Position numbers and translations under genes: made by a program | Shown: positions 19,615 through 29,726 of the stretch, in pieces | Layout: every line of letters begins with the position of its first letter | Position numbering within the stretch: position 1 is the stretch's first letter | Notes under the pieces: generated by a model | Databases searched by the model: none | Told to the model about the DNA's origin: nothing | Seen by the model: the letters and a program-made list of their open reading frames with translations, nothing else | Source: Chloroflexota bacterium | Lineage (GTDB): Bacteria; Chloroflexota; UBA11872; VXOZ01 | Reading direction: 5' to 3' | NCBI GenBank assembly: GCA_963663275.1 | Contig: OY760183.1 | Location: 1,600,001 to 1,664,000 of the forward strand | DNA length: 64,000 bases

Positions 19615-19722
19615 CGTCATTCCGGCGAAAGCCGGAATCCAGAGCGCCTTTACAACTATAGATTGCATGACGTCAAGCCATTTCACCCCCCATCCCAACC
19701 TTCCCCCCAAGTGGAGAAGGGG
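19615..19722. repeat. CGTC-tagged palindrome (cgtcattccggcgaaagccggaatccag) plus a degenerate family-A element
   Basis: Hairpin attccggc-gaaa-gccggaat; ccccccatcccaaccttcccccc...gagaagggg. Confidence 0.7.
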
Positions 19723-19882
19723 TTACGCAAAGGTCTACTGGACGCTATGCGGGCGCGCCTGCGGTATACTTTAGAGTGTAGCGATTCTCTGCGCTTACGC
19801 GCCGGCGTCCCGTCGATGGTGTAAAGGCGCAATCACCGGTGAGGCGCACCGCAGCGAAACGGGCATCGAGGCAGAATTCGCC

Positions 19883-20227
19883 ATGGACACCGCAACCATA
19901 GACGCCGCCGTCGAGCGCCTGGAGTATGATGCCCAAGGGCTGGCGCCGGCCGTTATCCAGGACGCGAGCACGCGGCAGGTGCTCATGCTGGGCTTCATGA
20001 CGCGGGAGATGGTGGCCAAGACACTGGAGACGGGTCGGGTCTGGTTCTGGAGCCGGAGCCGGCGGGAGCCGTGGCTGAAAGGCGCTACCAGCGGCAACTA
20101 TCTGAACGTGGCGGGCGTCTACCGCAACTGCGAGGACAACTCCCTGCTGATACTGGCGCGGCCGGAGGGTCCCACCTGCCACACCGGAAACGTTTCCTGC
20201 TACTACCGCGCGCTGGATGAGGAGTAG
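19883..20227 (+). CDS. hisI: Phosphoribosyl-AMP cyclohydrolase
   Basis: [35 protein letters not shown]. Confidence 0.95.
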   Translation: MDTATIDAAVERLEYDAQGLAPAVIQDASTRQVLMLGFMTREMVAKTLETGRVWFWSRSRREPWLKGATSGNYLNVAGVYRNCEDNSLLILARPEGPTCHTGNVSCYYRALDEE

Positions 20228-20229
20228 CC

Positions 20230-20604
20230 GTGGCTGACGAGCAAACGCGCGCCCCGGCAACGGCGGCGGTGCTGGACGCGGTCTTTCAGACTATCCGCGA
20301 GCGGCAGGAGACGCTGCCGGAGGGGTCGTACGTCACGCACCTGCTGCAAGGCGGCGTCGATCGCACCGCCCGCAAGGTGGGCGAGGAAGCGATCGAGGTG
20401 GTGCTGGCGGCGAAGAACGAAGCGCCGGACGAGCTCACGGCGGAGGTGGCCGACCTCTGGTTCCACTGCCTGGCGCTGCTGGCGCAGAGCGGCCTCACGC
20501 CGGCGGACGTGTACGCGGAACTGGCGCGGCGGCACGGCAAGACTCCCACTTTTCAGCAGAAAGCTGAGGCGCAAACCCGGCTGCCCACGGCGAAAGACGT
20601 GTGA
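20230..20604 (+). CDS. hisE: Phosphoribosyl-ATP pyrophosphatase
   Basis: [22 protein letters not shown]. Confidence 0.95.
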   Translation: MADEQTRAPATAAVLDAVFQTIRERQETLPEGSYVTHLLQGGVDRTARKVGEEAIEVVLAAKNEAPDELTAEVADLWFHCLALLAQSGLTPADVYAELARRHGKTPTFQQKAEAQTRLPTAKDV

Positions 20605-20748
20605 CGCCGGCGCCGGCCGGGGTGACTTGGTCGGGGGCGGCGCCCGGCGAGACGTGAGAGACGCGCGTCCGGGACGAGGATCAATTCGCGCTTGCATAGC
20701 CGCAAAGCCGTCCTGCCAGGCCGCTAATGCGCTGCTCCCAGGATTGCA

Positions 20749-20777
20749 TTGACGACGAAAAAAACTTGTGCGATACT
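20749..20777 (+). promoter_or_regulatory. Sigma70-type promoter upstream of the solute-binding protein gene
   Basis: TTGACG, 17 bp, GATACT with a TG extension. Confidence 0.5.
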
Positions 20778-20910
20778 ACTGCTACCCGATTGAGGGGGAG
20801 TAAGCAGGGGAAAGGAGGCGAGACTGTCCCTTTAATGGCGCGAGTGCGCCTAGAGTAGTTCGATTTGATTGCCGCTCCGGAGGGAGTTGGCTGACCGAGG
20901 AGAAGCAATA

Positions 20911-22302
20911 ATGGAAGAGAAGCGAAACGTCTTTTCCCGCCGTGGATTCCTGGCGGGAGCGGGCGGTCTCGGTGGCGTTGTGTTCCTGGCGGCTTGCGGC
21001 GCGGTGCCGGTAGCCGATTCCGGTGACATGGCCGAGGACGGCGAGCCGGAACCTGAGGCCCAAGAAGAGACGACGGTGGAAGAGAAGATCATGCGGATTG
21101 ACGAGACCTTCGTCGAATCCGATGGTCGCTATCAGGCCTTCCGCAACACCTTGGAGCAGGCCGAGGAAGCGCTGGGCATCACGACGGAAATCGTGCCCGG
21201 CGAATACAGTACGATTTGGGAACGGCGGCAGACGAACCACGCGGCCGGACAAGCCGACGTGGACCTCTCCATCAACCAAATCAACTGGTACGGCTATGGT
21301 GGCTTGCGGGGCATTTTCCCGGACCACATCCCGTTCTTCCAGCGCGATAAGATTTCGTTGGAAGACTACTTCCAGGCCGACCTCCGTTCTTGGACCTGGC
21401 AGAACAAGCTCTACGCCGTGCCCATGCAGTCCGGCGGCGAGGTGGTGCTCTTCAACAAGGAGTACTTCGACGAAGCCGGCCTGAACTACCCCGGCGGCGA
21501 CTGGACCTACGACGACCTGCTCTCGATGGCCGAGCGGCTCCATAAGCCGGACGACGGCCGCTGGGCGCTGCAAGTGGGCCAGAATAGCCTCTGGTACATG
21601 GGCGGCACCTTCCTGCTCAACTTCGGCGGGTCCATCATGAACGAGAACGACACCAAGGCCCTCTACGGAGAGGACCCGTTGTCGCTGCGCGGCGCGCAGT
21701 TCAACGTCGATCTCCACATCAAGCACCAGTACACACCTTCCGGCGATGATATCAAGAAGGTTACTGGTGGTAGGTCCGGTATCGGCATCCTCGAGGTGAG
21801 GGCCCTTGCCATGGAGTTCAACGGCATGTTCCGGTACAACGCCGCCAAGAAGCACTTGGAGGACGCGCTGGACATCGCCATGCCGCCGCGGGACCAGCGC
21901 CAGACTGCTACCCTGGTCGGCAATGGCTACTCTCTGATGACCCTCTCACCGAACCAGGAGACCGCTTGGAGTTTCCTCAAGTACATCCATAGCGATGAGG
22001 GCGCAGAGGAAACCGACTACTTCGGCTTTATCGCATGGCCGCCGATTATCCGGCACGGCCTGTTCCCGAAGTGGGCAGCGCGCTACGAAGGCACGCAGGT
22101 AGAGCAGGTGGTGAACGGTTGGGCCGCCGGCGGCCGCCCGTTCCCGCGTGTGCTCGAGTTCAGCGAAGCCTTCGGCCCGTCCAACGCGCCCTGGTATGAA
22201 GCCCTACGTGGTGAAATTACCGTGGCCGAGGGTCTGCGCCAGTCCGCAGACATCCTCAACGAGGTCCTGGATCGCCGCCCCGAGGAGTATCGGGAGGCAT
22301 AG
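20911..22302 (+). CDS. Carbohydrate ABC-type extracellular solute-binding lipoprotein (Tat-exported)
   Basis: SRRGFL twin-arginine motif plus FLAAC lipobox; KLYAVP..VLFNKEYFDEAGL..P..DWTYDD family-1 motif; GAGGAG RBS. Confidence 0.9.
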   Translation: MEEKRNVFSRRGFLAGAGGLGGVVFLAACGAVPVADSGDMAEDGEPEPEAQEETTVEEKIMRIDETFVESDGRYQAFRNTLEQAEEALGITTEIVPGEYSTIWERRQTNHAAGQADVDLSINQINWYGYGGLRGIFPDHIPFFQRDKISLEDYFQADLRSWTWQNKLYAVPMQSGGEVVLFNKEYFDEAGLNYPGGDWTYDDLLSMAERLHKPDDGRWALQVGQNSLWYMGGTFLLNFGGSIMNENDTKALYGEDPLSLRGAQFNVDLHIKHQYTPSGDDIKKVTGGRSGIGILEVRALAMEFNGMFRYNAAKKHLEDALDIAMPPRDQRQTATLVGNGYSLMTLSPNQETAWSFLKYIHSDEGAEETDYFGFIAWPPIIRHGLFPKWAARYEGTQVEQVVNGWAAGGRPFPRVLEFSEAFGPSNAPWYEALRGEITVAEGLRQSADILNEVLDRRPEEYREA

Positions 22303-22354
22303 GGCCCGAGCCTTTGGCCGCAGGAGATTGATCTCCGCGATTGGAGAAACGCGC

Positions 22355-22481
22355 GTAGGGGCACGACACGTCGTGCCCCTACGCGCGTTAGTGATTCCCT
22401 AACGGTAGGGACACGACATGTCGTGTCCCTACACCGGGGCACGGGTTGGCATTGGTGGGGGCACGATACATCGTGCCCCGC
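22355..22481. repeat. Three GTAG-tagged palindromes, family D (gtaggggcacgac-nn-gtcgtgcccctac), at 50-bp period
   Basis: Starts at 22355, 22405 and 22455. Confidence 0.9.
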
Positions 22482-22608
22482 GCGGCGCGTTTTCAATGGG
22501 CGCGCGTCGGTATATAATCGCAATGGCAGACCGCGCCGGGCGATGGGGCGTTGTCCGCCGCGCGGCGGCGCGGGCTAATGAAGAGAATTGCTGAACAGGG
22601 AGGACGAT

Positions 22609-23523
22609 ATGGGCGTATCGAACAAGATCTACTTTTCTTATTTCGTAGATTGCGAGCCGCTGGCGGCCAGGTCGCCCCGCTGCGGCGGGCCGGCATCCTG
22701 GGCGGTCAGCGAACGCACCGTGCGCAACATTCGGCAGTCCTTCGAATCCCACGGCTTGCTGCCCGCGGTCACCTTCAACCTCACGCCGGAGGCCGCCAAG
22801 GCCCACGCCGACATGATGCGCGAGTGGCACGCCGAGGGCGTGAACATCGGCATCCAGCCCAACGTGCCCGGCTTTCGCTATCCCAAGTACGAAAACGACC
22901 TGGGTGAATACGACGAAGCCACGCAGCGCCAGATCATCGCCGAGGCGACGGAGGACTTCGAGACCGCGCTGGGCTTCCGTACCGATACCTATTGCGCCTG
23001 CTGCGGCTCGAAGAGTCCGGTCACGCTGCGGCTGCTCTACGAGGCCGGCTACCGGCAGTACATCGCGCCCGCGCCGGGGCGGTACTTTCCGGACCGCCCG
23101 GACCGCTGCACGGAAGGCGACTACCCCTATCCTCATTGGGGCAGCGCGCAGCACCACGTGCTGGGCGGCGCGTTGCCGATCTGCGTCATCTCGTGCAGCG
23201 GCGAGATGAGCGGCGGCCGCTGGGCGCGCCCCCGCGACCTGCGCTCGGAAGAGCCGGTCAGCGAGGAGAGCCGCGAACTCTACCGCACCATCATCAATTG
23301 GAACCTGGAACTTTCCGGTCTCATCCAAACCCCGGTGCGGGCTATCATCGGCGCCACCCACAACTCCGAGAAGGTCAACATTCCCAACGTCGATTACGTG
23401 CTGGAGTACATCCAGGAAGCCACCGAGCGCGAGGGGCTGGAACTCGTGCCGGCCTCGTTCCCCATGATCCACGAGGCGCTGGCGGAGGCCTTGCCCCTTT
23501 CCCAAGCGACGTTGCCGGCCTAA
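22609..23523 (+). CDS. Hypothetical protein, NodB/polysaccharide-deacetylase-like barrel
   Basis: YFVDCE, VTFNLTP, ...QRQIIAEATEDFETALG spacing; GGAGG RBS; TATAAT at 22513-22518. Confidence 0.65.
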   Translation: MGVSNKIYFSYFVDCEPLAARSPRCGGPASWAVSERTVRNIRQSFESHGLLPAVTFNLTPEAAKAHADMMREWHAEGVNIGIQPNVPGFRYPKYENDLGEYDEATQRQIIAEATEDFETALGFRTDTYCACCGSKSPVTLRLLYEAGYRQYIAPAPGRYFPDRPDRCTEGDYPYPHWGSAQHHVLGGALPICVISCSGEMSGGRWARPRDLRSEEPVSEESRELYRTIINWNLELSGLIQTPVRAIIGATHNSEKVNIPNVDYVLEYIQEATEREGLELVPASFPMIHEALAEALPLSQATLPA

Positions 23524-23550
23524 TAATTCGCAGACGTGGAGGCAAAACCC

Positions 23551-24714
23551 ATGGCAACCACTATCGACCGCGTAACGCTGGAGGAACTGCAAGCCGATCC
23601 GGCGCGGGAAGAGGCGATCGCGCCGGAGTTGCGGATCATCGAATACCAGAATGAACGCCTCGTGCGCAGCGCGTTTCCATATCGCTATCAAGCGCCGGAC
23701 GCGATGCTGGCCGAGTTGCGCGAACGCTACCGGCTGGACGACGTAATCGCCGCCGGCCGGACCGAGTTCGAGCAAGTGCTGCACCTGCGCGAGTGGGTGC
23801 ACACGCGGTGGAAGCACGGCTGGACTCGCGTGCCCCCGCCCCGCAACGCGCTGGAGATCCTGGCCGCGGTGGAGCAAGGCAAGGACTTCAACTGCGGCTA
23901 CTTTGCGGTCACGTTGATGCAGTGCCTCTTGTCGCTGGGTTTCGTGGCCCGCACGTTGAGCATCTGCAAACCGGAAAGCGAGTGGATGTCCGCCGACGAG
24001 GGCAATATCGGCCACTCGATCGTGGAGTTCTGGTCGCACGAATACCACAAGTGGATTCTGCTGGATCCCGACCTGAACGTGCACTACGAGCGCGGCGGCG
24101 TCCCGCTGAGCGTCCTGGAAATCCACCGGGCCTGGGTCACGCGCCGCTGGGATGACGTGAGCATGATTACCGGGCCGACACCGTTCCGCGTTACGGACAA
24201 GGTGGAATCCGGCGCGGCCACGACGTTCCTGAATCAAGACAATCAGGACGCCGAGTTTCAAATCTTTGGCTGGCATGACGTTGGCGACTACTACTCGTGC
24301 GTTGTGCTGCCCATGCGCAACACCCAGCACTCGTCGAACGAGGGTGAGCCTTCGCTGGAATGGGTCGATCCCTGGACGCCGCCGCGCATCATCGCCTACA
24401 ACCGGGCGAACGGCAGCCACTTCACCAGTAATGAAGACGATCTCTATTGGTCAGTCGACCAGGTGCAGATCAACCTGGAGGCGGATCAGGCGGCGTGGGA
24501 GCGCAGAGAGGCGGCGCTGTTCGTGACGCTCGACCACAGCATGCCCAACCTCGACCGGCTCTTGGTGCGCCTGGACGATGAAGAATGGCGCGCGAGCGCG
24601 CCGACGTTTACCTGGCGCCTGCGCCCCGGCAAGAACCAGATCATGGCCAAAGGCGTGAACCAGTTTGGCCGCGAGGGGCACGTGAGCCGGATTCTGTTGC
24701 GGTTCAATCCGTAG
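23551..24714 (+). CDS. Transglutaminase-like superfamily protein
   Basis: Cys-His-Asp triad: FNCGYFA, GHSIVEFWS, KWILLDPD. Confidence 0.8.
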   Translation: MATTIDRVTLEELQADPAREEAIAPELRIIEYQNERLVRSAFPYRYQAPDAMLAELRERYRLDDVIAAGRTEFEQVLHLREWVHTRWKHGWTRVPPPRNALEILAAVEQGKDFNCGYFAVTLMQCLLSLGFVARTLSICKPESEWMSADEGNIGHSIVEFWSHEYHKWILLDPDLNVHYERGGVPLSVLEIHRAWVTRRWDDVSMITGPTPFRVTDKVESGAATTFLNQDNQDAEFQIFGWHDVGDYYSCVVLPMRNTQHSSNEGEPSLEWVDPWTPPRIIAYNRANGSHFTSNEDDLYWSVDQVQINLEADQAAWERREAALFVTLDHSMPNLDRLLVRLDDEEWRASAPTFTWRLRPGKNQIMAKGVNQFGREGHVSRILLRFNP

Positions 24715-24830
24715 CCGATGGGGCCGGGGGGGAACCGCGCTTCCTTGCCATACCGGAATAGGCTAATGCGGAGTCAGGCTAACCGACCAAAATCAGGATG
24801 TGCGCGTTTGCCGATGCTGTTCGCTTTACC

Positions 24831-25064
24831 GTAGCGCGGGGGCTTGTCCCCCGCCTCCGGCCCGTCGGAAGCCCGGGGGGCAATGCTTAGCCTCTGGATT
24901 TTCGCTTGCGCCAGTATAGATGTTGATCGGACTCAGATTGAAAGCCTGCGCAATCAGAGGCTGGCCGCATGTTGAATACCTACGCTGCCGGGGGCCGAGC
25001 GCAGGTTACAAACCTACGCTACCGGAGGGTGGGCCGCAGGTTGAAAACCTACGCTACCGGAGGA
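24831..25064. repeat. Family-B palindrome plus four decaying tandem copies of family E (cgcaggttacaaacctgcgctacc), 34-35 bp period
   Basis: B at 24831; E-like units at 24932, 24966, 25000 and 25035. Confidence 0.75.
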
Positions 25065-25153
25065 AACCGCCTCAGGGCGCGCCGGCGCGCTGGGCCATCA
25101 TGCACTCGTTCACAATTTCAATTGCCACGTAGTAAGGAGAATGGGAAACGCCT

Positions 25154-26665
25154 ATGGACGTGCTAGCGGCACAGGGAAACATACTCGAGCAGGACGCGGA
25201 CCTCGTCGTCGTCAATCTCTTCGAGGGCGTCACCGCGCCGGGCGGCGCGACCGGAGCGGTAGACCGCGCCCTGAACGGCCAGATAAGCGAGGTCATTGGC
25301 GCCGGCGACTTCGAGGGCAAGTTGCACGAGACGCTCTACCTCTACACCGGCGGCGCCATGCCGGCGCGGCGTGTGCTCCTCATCGGGCTGGGCAAGCAGG
25401 ACGACTTTACGCTGGAGCGCGCCCGCCAGGTTGGGGGCAAGGCGGCGCGCGCGGCCCGTGACATGGGCGCGAAGCGGGTTGCCAGCATCGTGCACGGCGC
25501 CGGTATTGGCGGCCTCGAGCCGGTGGACGCCGCCCGCGCCGCCGCCGAAGGCGCCGTGCTCGGCCTTTACCGCTACCTGCGCTACTCGTCCGAGGAAGAC
25601 GGCAAGGAGTTGGACTCCTTGACCTACGTCGAGGCGGACGCGGCCAAGTTCGGCGCGGTAGCCAGCGGCGTCAGCGAGGGCGTTGCCATTGGCGAAGCGC
25701 AGAACTTCGTCCGCGACTTGGCTACCACCCCCGGCAGCGACCTGCCGCCGGCCGCGCTCGCGGACGCCGCCAGCGCCATGGCGCAGGAGTTCGGCTTGCG
25801 TTGCACCATTCTCGGGCCGGAAGAGATTGCCGCCGAGAACATGAACGTTATCCTGGGCGTGGACCGGGGCAGCGACCAGCCCTGCCGCTTCATCGTGCTG
25901 GAATACACGCCGGCGGAGGCCACCGACCAGACCGTCGCGCTGGTGGGGAAGGGCATCACATTCGACACCGGCGGGCTGAACCTCAAGCCCGGCGATTCCA
26001 TGCGCCACATGGAAAGCGACATGGCCGGCGGCGCCGGCGTGATCGGCGCGATGCGCCTGGTGGGCCACTTCAAGCCGCCGGTCCGCGTGGTCGGCCTGGT
26101 GCCCGCCTCGGAGAACATGCCCGGCGGCAATGCCTTCAAGCCCGGCGACATCCTCCGCGCCGCCAACGGCAAGACCATCGAGATCGACAATACCGACGCT
26201 GAGGGCCGTCTGGTGCTCGCCGATGCCCTGTGCTACGCGCAGCGCTACAATCCCTCGGCCATCATAGACATTGCCACGCTCACCGGCGCGGTGATCGTTG
26301 CCCTGGGCCAGCACGCCGCGGGACTGATGGGGAACCACGCCGGCCTGGCGGATAAGGTGAAGGCCGCGGGCGAACTGACGGGCGAGCGCGTCTGGGAACT
26401 GCCGCTGTGGCCGGAGTACGAAGAACAGGTGAAGAGCACGCTTGCCGACGTCAAGAATACCGGCGGCCGCGCGGCCGGGAGCATTACCGGCGCGGCGCTG
26501 CTCAAGCTGTTCGTCGATGAAAAACCGTGGGTGCACCTGGACGTGGCCGGTGTGGACTATACGGACCTGGATCGGCCCTACATTCCCAAAGGCAGCAGCG
26601 GCTACGGCGCGCGGCTGCTCTTCCAGGTCGTGCGCGACTGGGGGGAGGGGCTCGATTCCGATTAG
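25154..26665 (+). CDS. pepA: Leucyl aminopeptidase (M17)
   Basis: VGKGITFDTGG, NTDAEGRL, WVHLDVAG. Confidence 0.96.
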   Translation: MDVLAAQGNILEQDADLVVVNLFEGVTAPGGATGAVDRALNGQISEVIGAGDFEGKLHETLYLYTGGAMPARRVLLIGLGKQDDFTLERARQVGGKAARAARDMGAKRVASIVHGAGIGGLEPVDAARAAAEGAVLGLYRYLRYSSEEDGKELDSLTYVEADAAKFGAVASGVSEGVAIGEAQNFVRDLATTPGSDLPPAALADAASAMAQEFGLRCTILGPEEIAAENMNVILGVDRGSDQPCRFIVLEYTPAEATDQTVALVGKGITFDTGGLNLKPGDSMRHMESDMAGGAGVIGAMRLVGHFKPPVRVVGLVPASENMPGGNAFKPGDILRAANGKTIEIDNTDAEGRLVLADALCYAQRYNPSAIIDIATLTGAVIVALGQHAAGLMGNHAGLADKVKAAGELTGERVWELPLWPEYEEQVKSTLADVKNTGGRAAGSITGAALLKLFVDEKPWVHLDVAGVDYTDLDRPYIPKGSSGYGARLLFQVVRDWGEGLDSD

Positions 26666-26764
26666 GCATTGCCAAGAAGAGTGGGCGGGGCTGAGAAGAG
26701 TCAGGTATCGCTGAGAATGCGAGCGGCGGCCTCTGTTATTCCTACACGTGTTGATAGGGGCGTT

Positions 26765-26885
26765 GACAGAATCCGCCCTCTTCTCAGCAACGGAATCTAC
26801 GCTATTCTCAGGAACGGGATCCGCCCAATTCTCAACAACGGGAGCCACCCTCTTCTCTGCAACGGGAGCCACTCTTTGCTTAGCA
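26765..26885. repeat. Degenerate tandem array of about 5 x 24 bp
   Basis: AACGG at 26789, 26813, 26837 and 26861. Confidence 0.8.
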
Positions 26886-26898
26886 GTGGTAACCCTTC

Positions 26899-27151
26899 TG
26901 TCATTCCGAGCGCAGCGAGGAATCCAGGGCCGTCCCCCACGAAGTCCATAGTGCCCAGCGCCAACGTTTCCGCACTCGATTCCTCACTGCGCTGCGCTCC
27001 GTTCGGAATGACATGCGTGTGGTGTGTTTGCGCCGCTCCGAGCGCAGCGAGGGATCCAGGGCCATCCCACACGAAGCCCATAGTGCCCAGCGCCAACGTT
27101 TCCGCACTAGATTCCTCACTGCGCTGCGCTCCGTTCGGAATGACATGCGTG
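26899..27151. repeat. Duplicated (132-bp period) inverted pairs of family C (tgtcattccgagcgcagcgaggaatc)
   Basis: Near-identical blocks start at 26906 and 27038. Confidence 0.88.
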
Positions 27152-27215
27152 TTGTGCGTGCCCGGCGCTGGGCAGCCACCGCCGGGCCGTCCGCCCAGGG
27201 CGGCGGGCCGCCCTA

Positions 27216-27224
27216 TGCTATAAT
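27216..27224 (+). promoter_or_regulatory. Extended -10 promoter of the clp gene
   Basis: Perfect TGnTATAAT about 50 bp upstream of the GTG start. Confidence 0.6.
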
Positions 27225-27275
27225 GCCCTCAAAGCGGAAATCCAATTCCCTCCCAGATATAGAAGAAATCCGGTT

Positions 27276-29723
27276 GTGGATGTCGATCGTCTAACGGACA
27301 TGGCCAGGCAGGCGCTGGCCCTGGCGCGCAACGAGGCGCTCTTCTTCCAGCACGAACAGGTGCGGCCCGAGCACGTCTTGTTGGCGCTCGTGGCCTTGCC
27401 CGAGTGTCTCGCGGCGCGCTTGTTGCGCGAACTCGGGCTCGACCTGCACGTGATCGTGCGCGAAATCGTGGCGGCCATCGACTTTGGCAAGACCCGTGAA
27501 GCCTCCGCCAGTCCCCGGCTCTCCGCCGCGGGCGCGCGCGTGCTGGAACTGGCCGAAGCGGAGTCCAAGGCGCTCAAAGCGGAATATACCGGCACCGAGC
27601 ACCTGCTACTCGGCCTCCTTATCGAAGAAGAGGGGCTGGCCTCGCACGTTCTCATCAACCGTTTGGGCGTACAGCTTGACGTAATTCGTCACGTGGCCGC
27701 CCGTTGGGCGCGCAAGAGCCCGGAAGTGGGACGGCAGCGCGGCCGCGAGCGCGGGCGGCGCCAGGAACGCGCCTCGATACTGACCCAGTACGGGCGGGAC
27801 CTGACTCAACTTGCCCGGCAGGAGGAACTGGACCCGGTCATCGGCCGCCATCGGGAGACCGAGCGCATGTGCGAGATTCTGCTGCGCCGCCGCAAGAACA
27901 ATCCGGTGCTCGTCGGCCCGGCCGGCGTGGGCAAGACCGCGGTGGTGGAGGGTCTCGCCGAACGCATCGCCTCCAAAGAAGCGCCCACCATCATGCACGA
28001 GTCCCGCGTCGTGCAACTCGACCTTGCCGGTCTGATCGCCGGCACCAAGTTTCGCGGCGAGTTCGAGGAGCGGCTCAAGCGGCTCCTGGAAGAGGTGAGG
28101 AACACCGAAAACCTCATCCTGTTCGTGGACGAAGTGCACATGATGCTCGGCGCCGGGTCCGCGGCCGGCGCGATGGACGCCGCCAACATGCTCAAGCCCG
28201 CGCTCTCTCGCGGCGAACTGCGCATGATCGGCGCGACCACGTGGGAAGAATACCGCCGCTACATCGAGCGCGACGGCGGCCTGGTGCGGCGCTTTCAACC
28301 GGTTGCCGTCGAGGAACCGGCCTTCGAGGAGACGGTGGACATCCTGGCCGGCGTGCGCAGGGTCTACGAGACCTACCACGGCGTGACGGTTACCGACGAA
28401 GCGTTGGTAAGCTCGGTGCGGCTGGCGCAGCGCTACTTGCCCACCCGCTTCTTTCCCGATAAGTCGATCGACCTGATCGACGAGGCGGCCGCCCGCCTCA
28501 AAGTGGAGCGCCTCACGCCGCCGTCCGAGATGCGCAAGCTGAAGCACCGCTTGGAATTGCTGCAAAAAGAGGCGAAAGCGGCCCGGGAAGAGGGCAATTA
28601 CGATTGGATTACGCGCGTCAACAGCGAGATCGAAAGCCTGCACATGCAGTTGCGCGACATCGAGACCGGCTGGCGCCACAAACTGGCGGAACACAAGGCC
28701 GAAATCGGCGAAAAGGAAATTGCTACCGTCATCGCCCAGTGGACGGGCATCCCCAGCAGCGCGGTGGACGCCAACGAGGCGCGGCGGTTGCTGGAGATGG
28801 AAGCGGCAATCGCGCGGCGCATCGTGGGACAGCGGGAACCGGCGCGGGAAGTAGCGCAGGCGCTGCGGCGCGCCCTGGCCGGCGTCAAAGACCCCAACCG
28901 GCCGATTGGTTCCTTCCTCTTCGTCGGCGGCCCGGGCGTCGGCAAGACGGAACTTGCCAAGGCTATTGCCGAGTTCGTGCTGGGCGACGAGAAGCAGATC
29001 GTCCGCATCGACATGTCGGAGTACGACGAATACCACACCGTCTCGCGCCTCATCGGCTCGCCACCGGGCTACGTGGGCTACGACGAAGCGGGACAGCTTA
29101 CGGAAGCAGTGCGGCGGCGGGCATACGCCGTGATACTGCTGGACGACATCGATAAGGCGCATCCCGCCGTGCTCGACGCGCTGCTGCAGATCCTCGATCA
29201 CGGCCAACTCACCGATGGACACGGACGCGCCGTGAGCTTCCGCAACGCGATCCTGATCTTCACCTCCAACTTCTTCGACGACGACCCGGAACGCATTGGC
29301 ATCGGCTTCAACGCCCATGAGGCTGTGCTGGACTACCAGCGCGTCAAGCAAGCGGCCATGAAGGCGCTGCAGCGCAACCTGCGGCCTGAGTTCCTGAACC
29401 GGGTGGATACTGTTTCCGCGTTTCGCCCGCTTGAACCGGACGACATCCACGCGATTGCGCGGAGGCTGGTGGCGGAGCGCGCGGCACACCTGGCGGAAGA
29501 GGGCGTCACCCTGGAGGTGGACGAGGCCGTTATCGAACACCTGGCGCGGCGCTGCGGCGCGGCGCAGGGCGCGCGGCCCTTGCGCCGCCTGGTTACCACG
29601 CTGCTGGAAGACCCGCTCACCGACCTGCGCCTGCGGCACGATACCCAGACCCACTGGCTGGTGACGCTCAACGCAGCCGGCGACGACGTGATCATCGAGC
29701 CGGCTGAGGTCACGGTTGGCTGA
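27276..29723 (+). CDS. clpC: ATP-dependent Clp protease ATP-binding subunit, ClpC-like
   Basis: Two Clp-N repeats, [25 protein letters not shown]-like middle domain, [18 protein letters not shown] loop. Confidence 0.85.
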   Translation: MDVDRLTDMARQALALARNEALFFQHEQVRPEHVLLALVALPECLAARLLRELGLDLHVIVREIVAAIDFGKTREASASPRLSAAGARVLELAEAESKALKAEYTGTEHLLLGLLIEEEGLASHVLINRLGVQLDVIRHVAARWARKSPEVGRQRGRERGRRQERASILTQYGRDLTQLARQEELDPVIGRHRETERMCEILLRRRKNNPVLVGPAGVGKTAVVEGLAERIASKEAPTIMHESRVVQLDLAGLIAGTKFRGEFEERLKRLLEEVRNTENLILFVDEVHMMLGAGSAAGAMDAANMLKPALSRGELRMIGATTWEEYRRYIERDGGLVRRFQPVAVEEPAFEETVDILAGVRRVYETYHGVTVTDEALVSSVRLAQRYLPTRFFPDKSIDLIDEAAARLKVERLTPPSEMRKLKHRLELLQKEAKAAREEGNYDWITRVNSEIESLHMQLRDIETGWRHKLAEHKAEIGEKEIATVIAQWTGIPSSAVDANEARRLLEMEAAIARRIVGQREPAREVAQALRRALAGVKDPNRPIGSFLFVGGPGVGKTELAKAIAEFVLGDEKQIVRIDMSEYDEYHTVSRLIGSPPGYVGYDEAGQLTEAVRRRAYAVILLDDIDKAHPAVLDALLQILDHGQLTDGHGRAVSFRNAILIFTSNFFDDDPERIGIGFNAHEAVLDYQRVKQAAMKALQRNLRPEFLNRVDTVSAFRPLEPDDIHAIARRLVAERAAHLAEEGVTLEVDEAVIEHLARRCGAAQGARPLRRLVTTLLEDPLTDLRLRHDTQTHWLVTLNAAGDDVIIEPAEVTVG

Positions 29724-29726
29724 CGG

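Noticed and set aside
22355-22481. Possible mini-CRISPR (28-bp repeats, 22-bp spacers)
   Set aside because: The repeat is a dispersed GTAG REP found singly elsewhere (46101, 54531, 60452), spacers are short, and there is no leader or cas gene
26669-27223. ORFs of 92-184 aa over REP clusters (also 48328-48711, 42668-43255, 52972-53217, 703-1017)
   Set aside because: Translations of palindromic repeats and minisatellites ([20 protein letters not shown]), not independent genes
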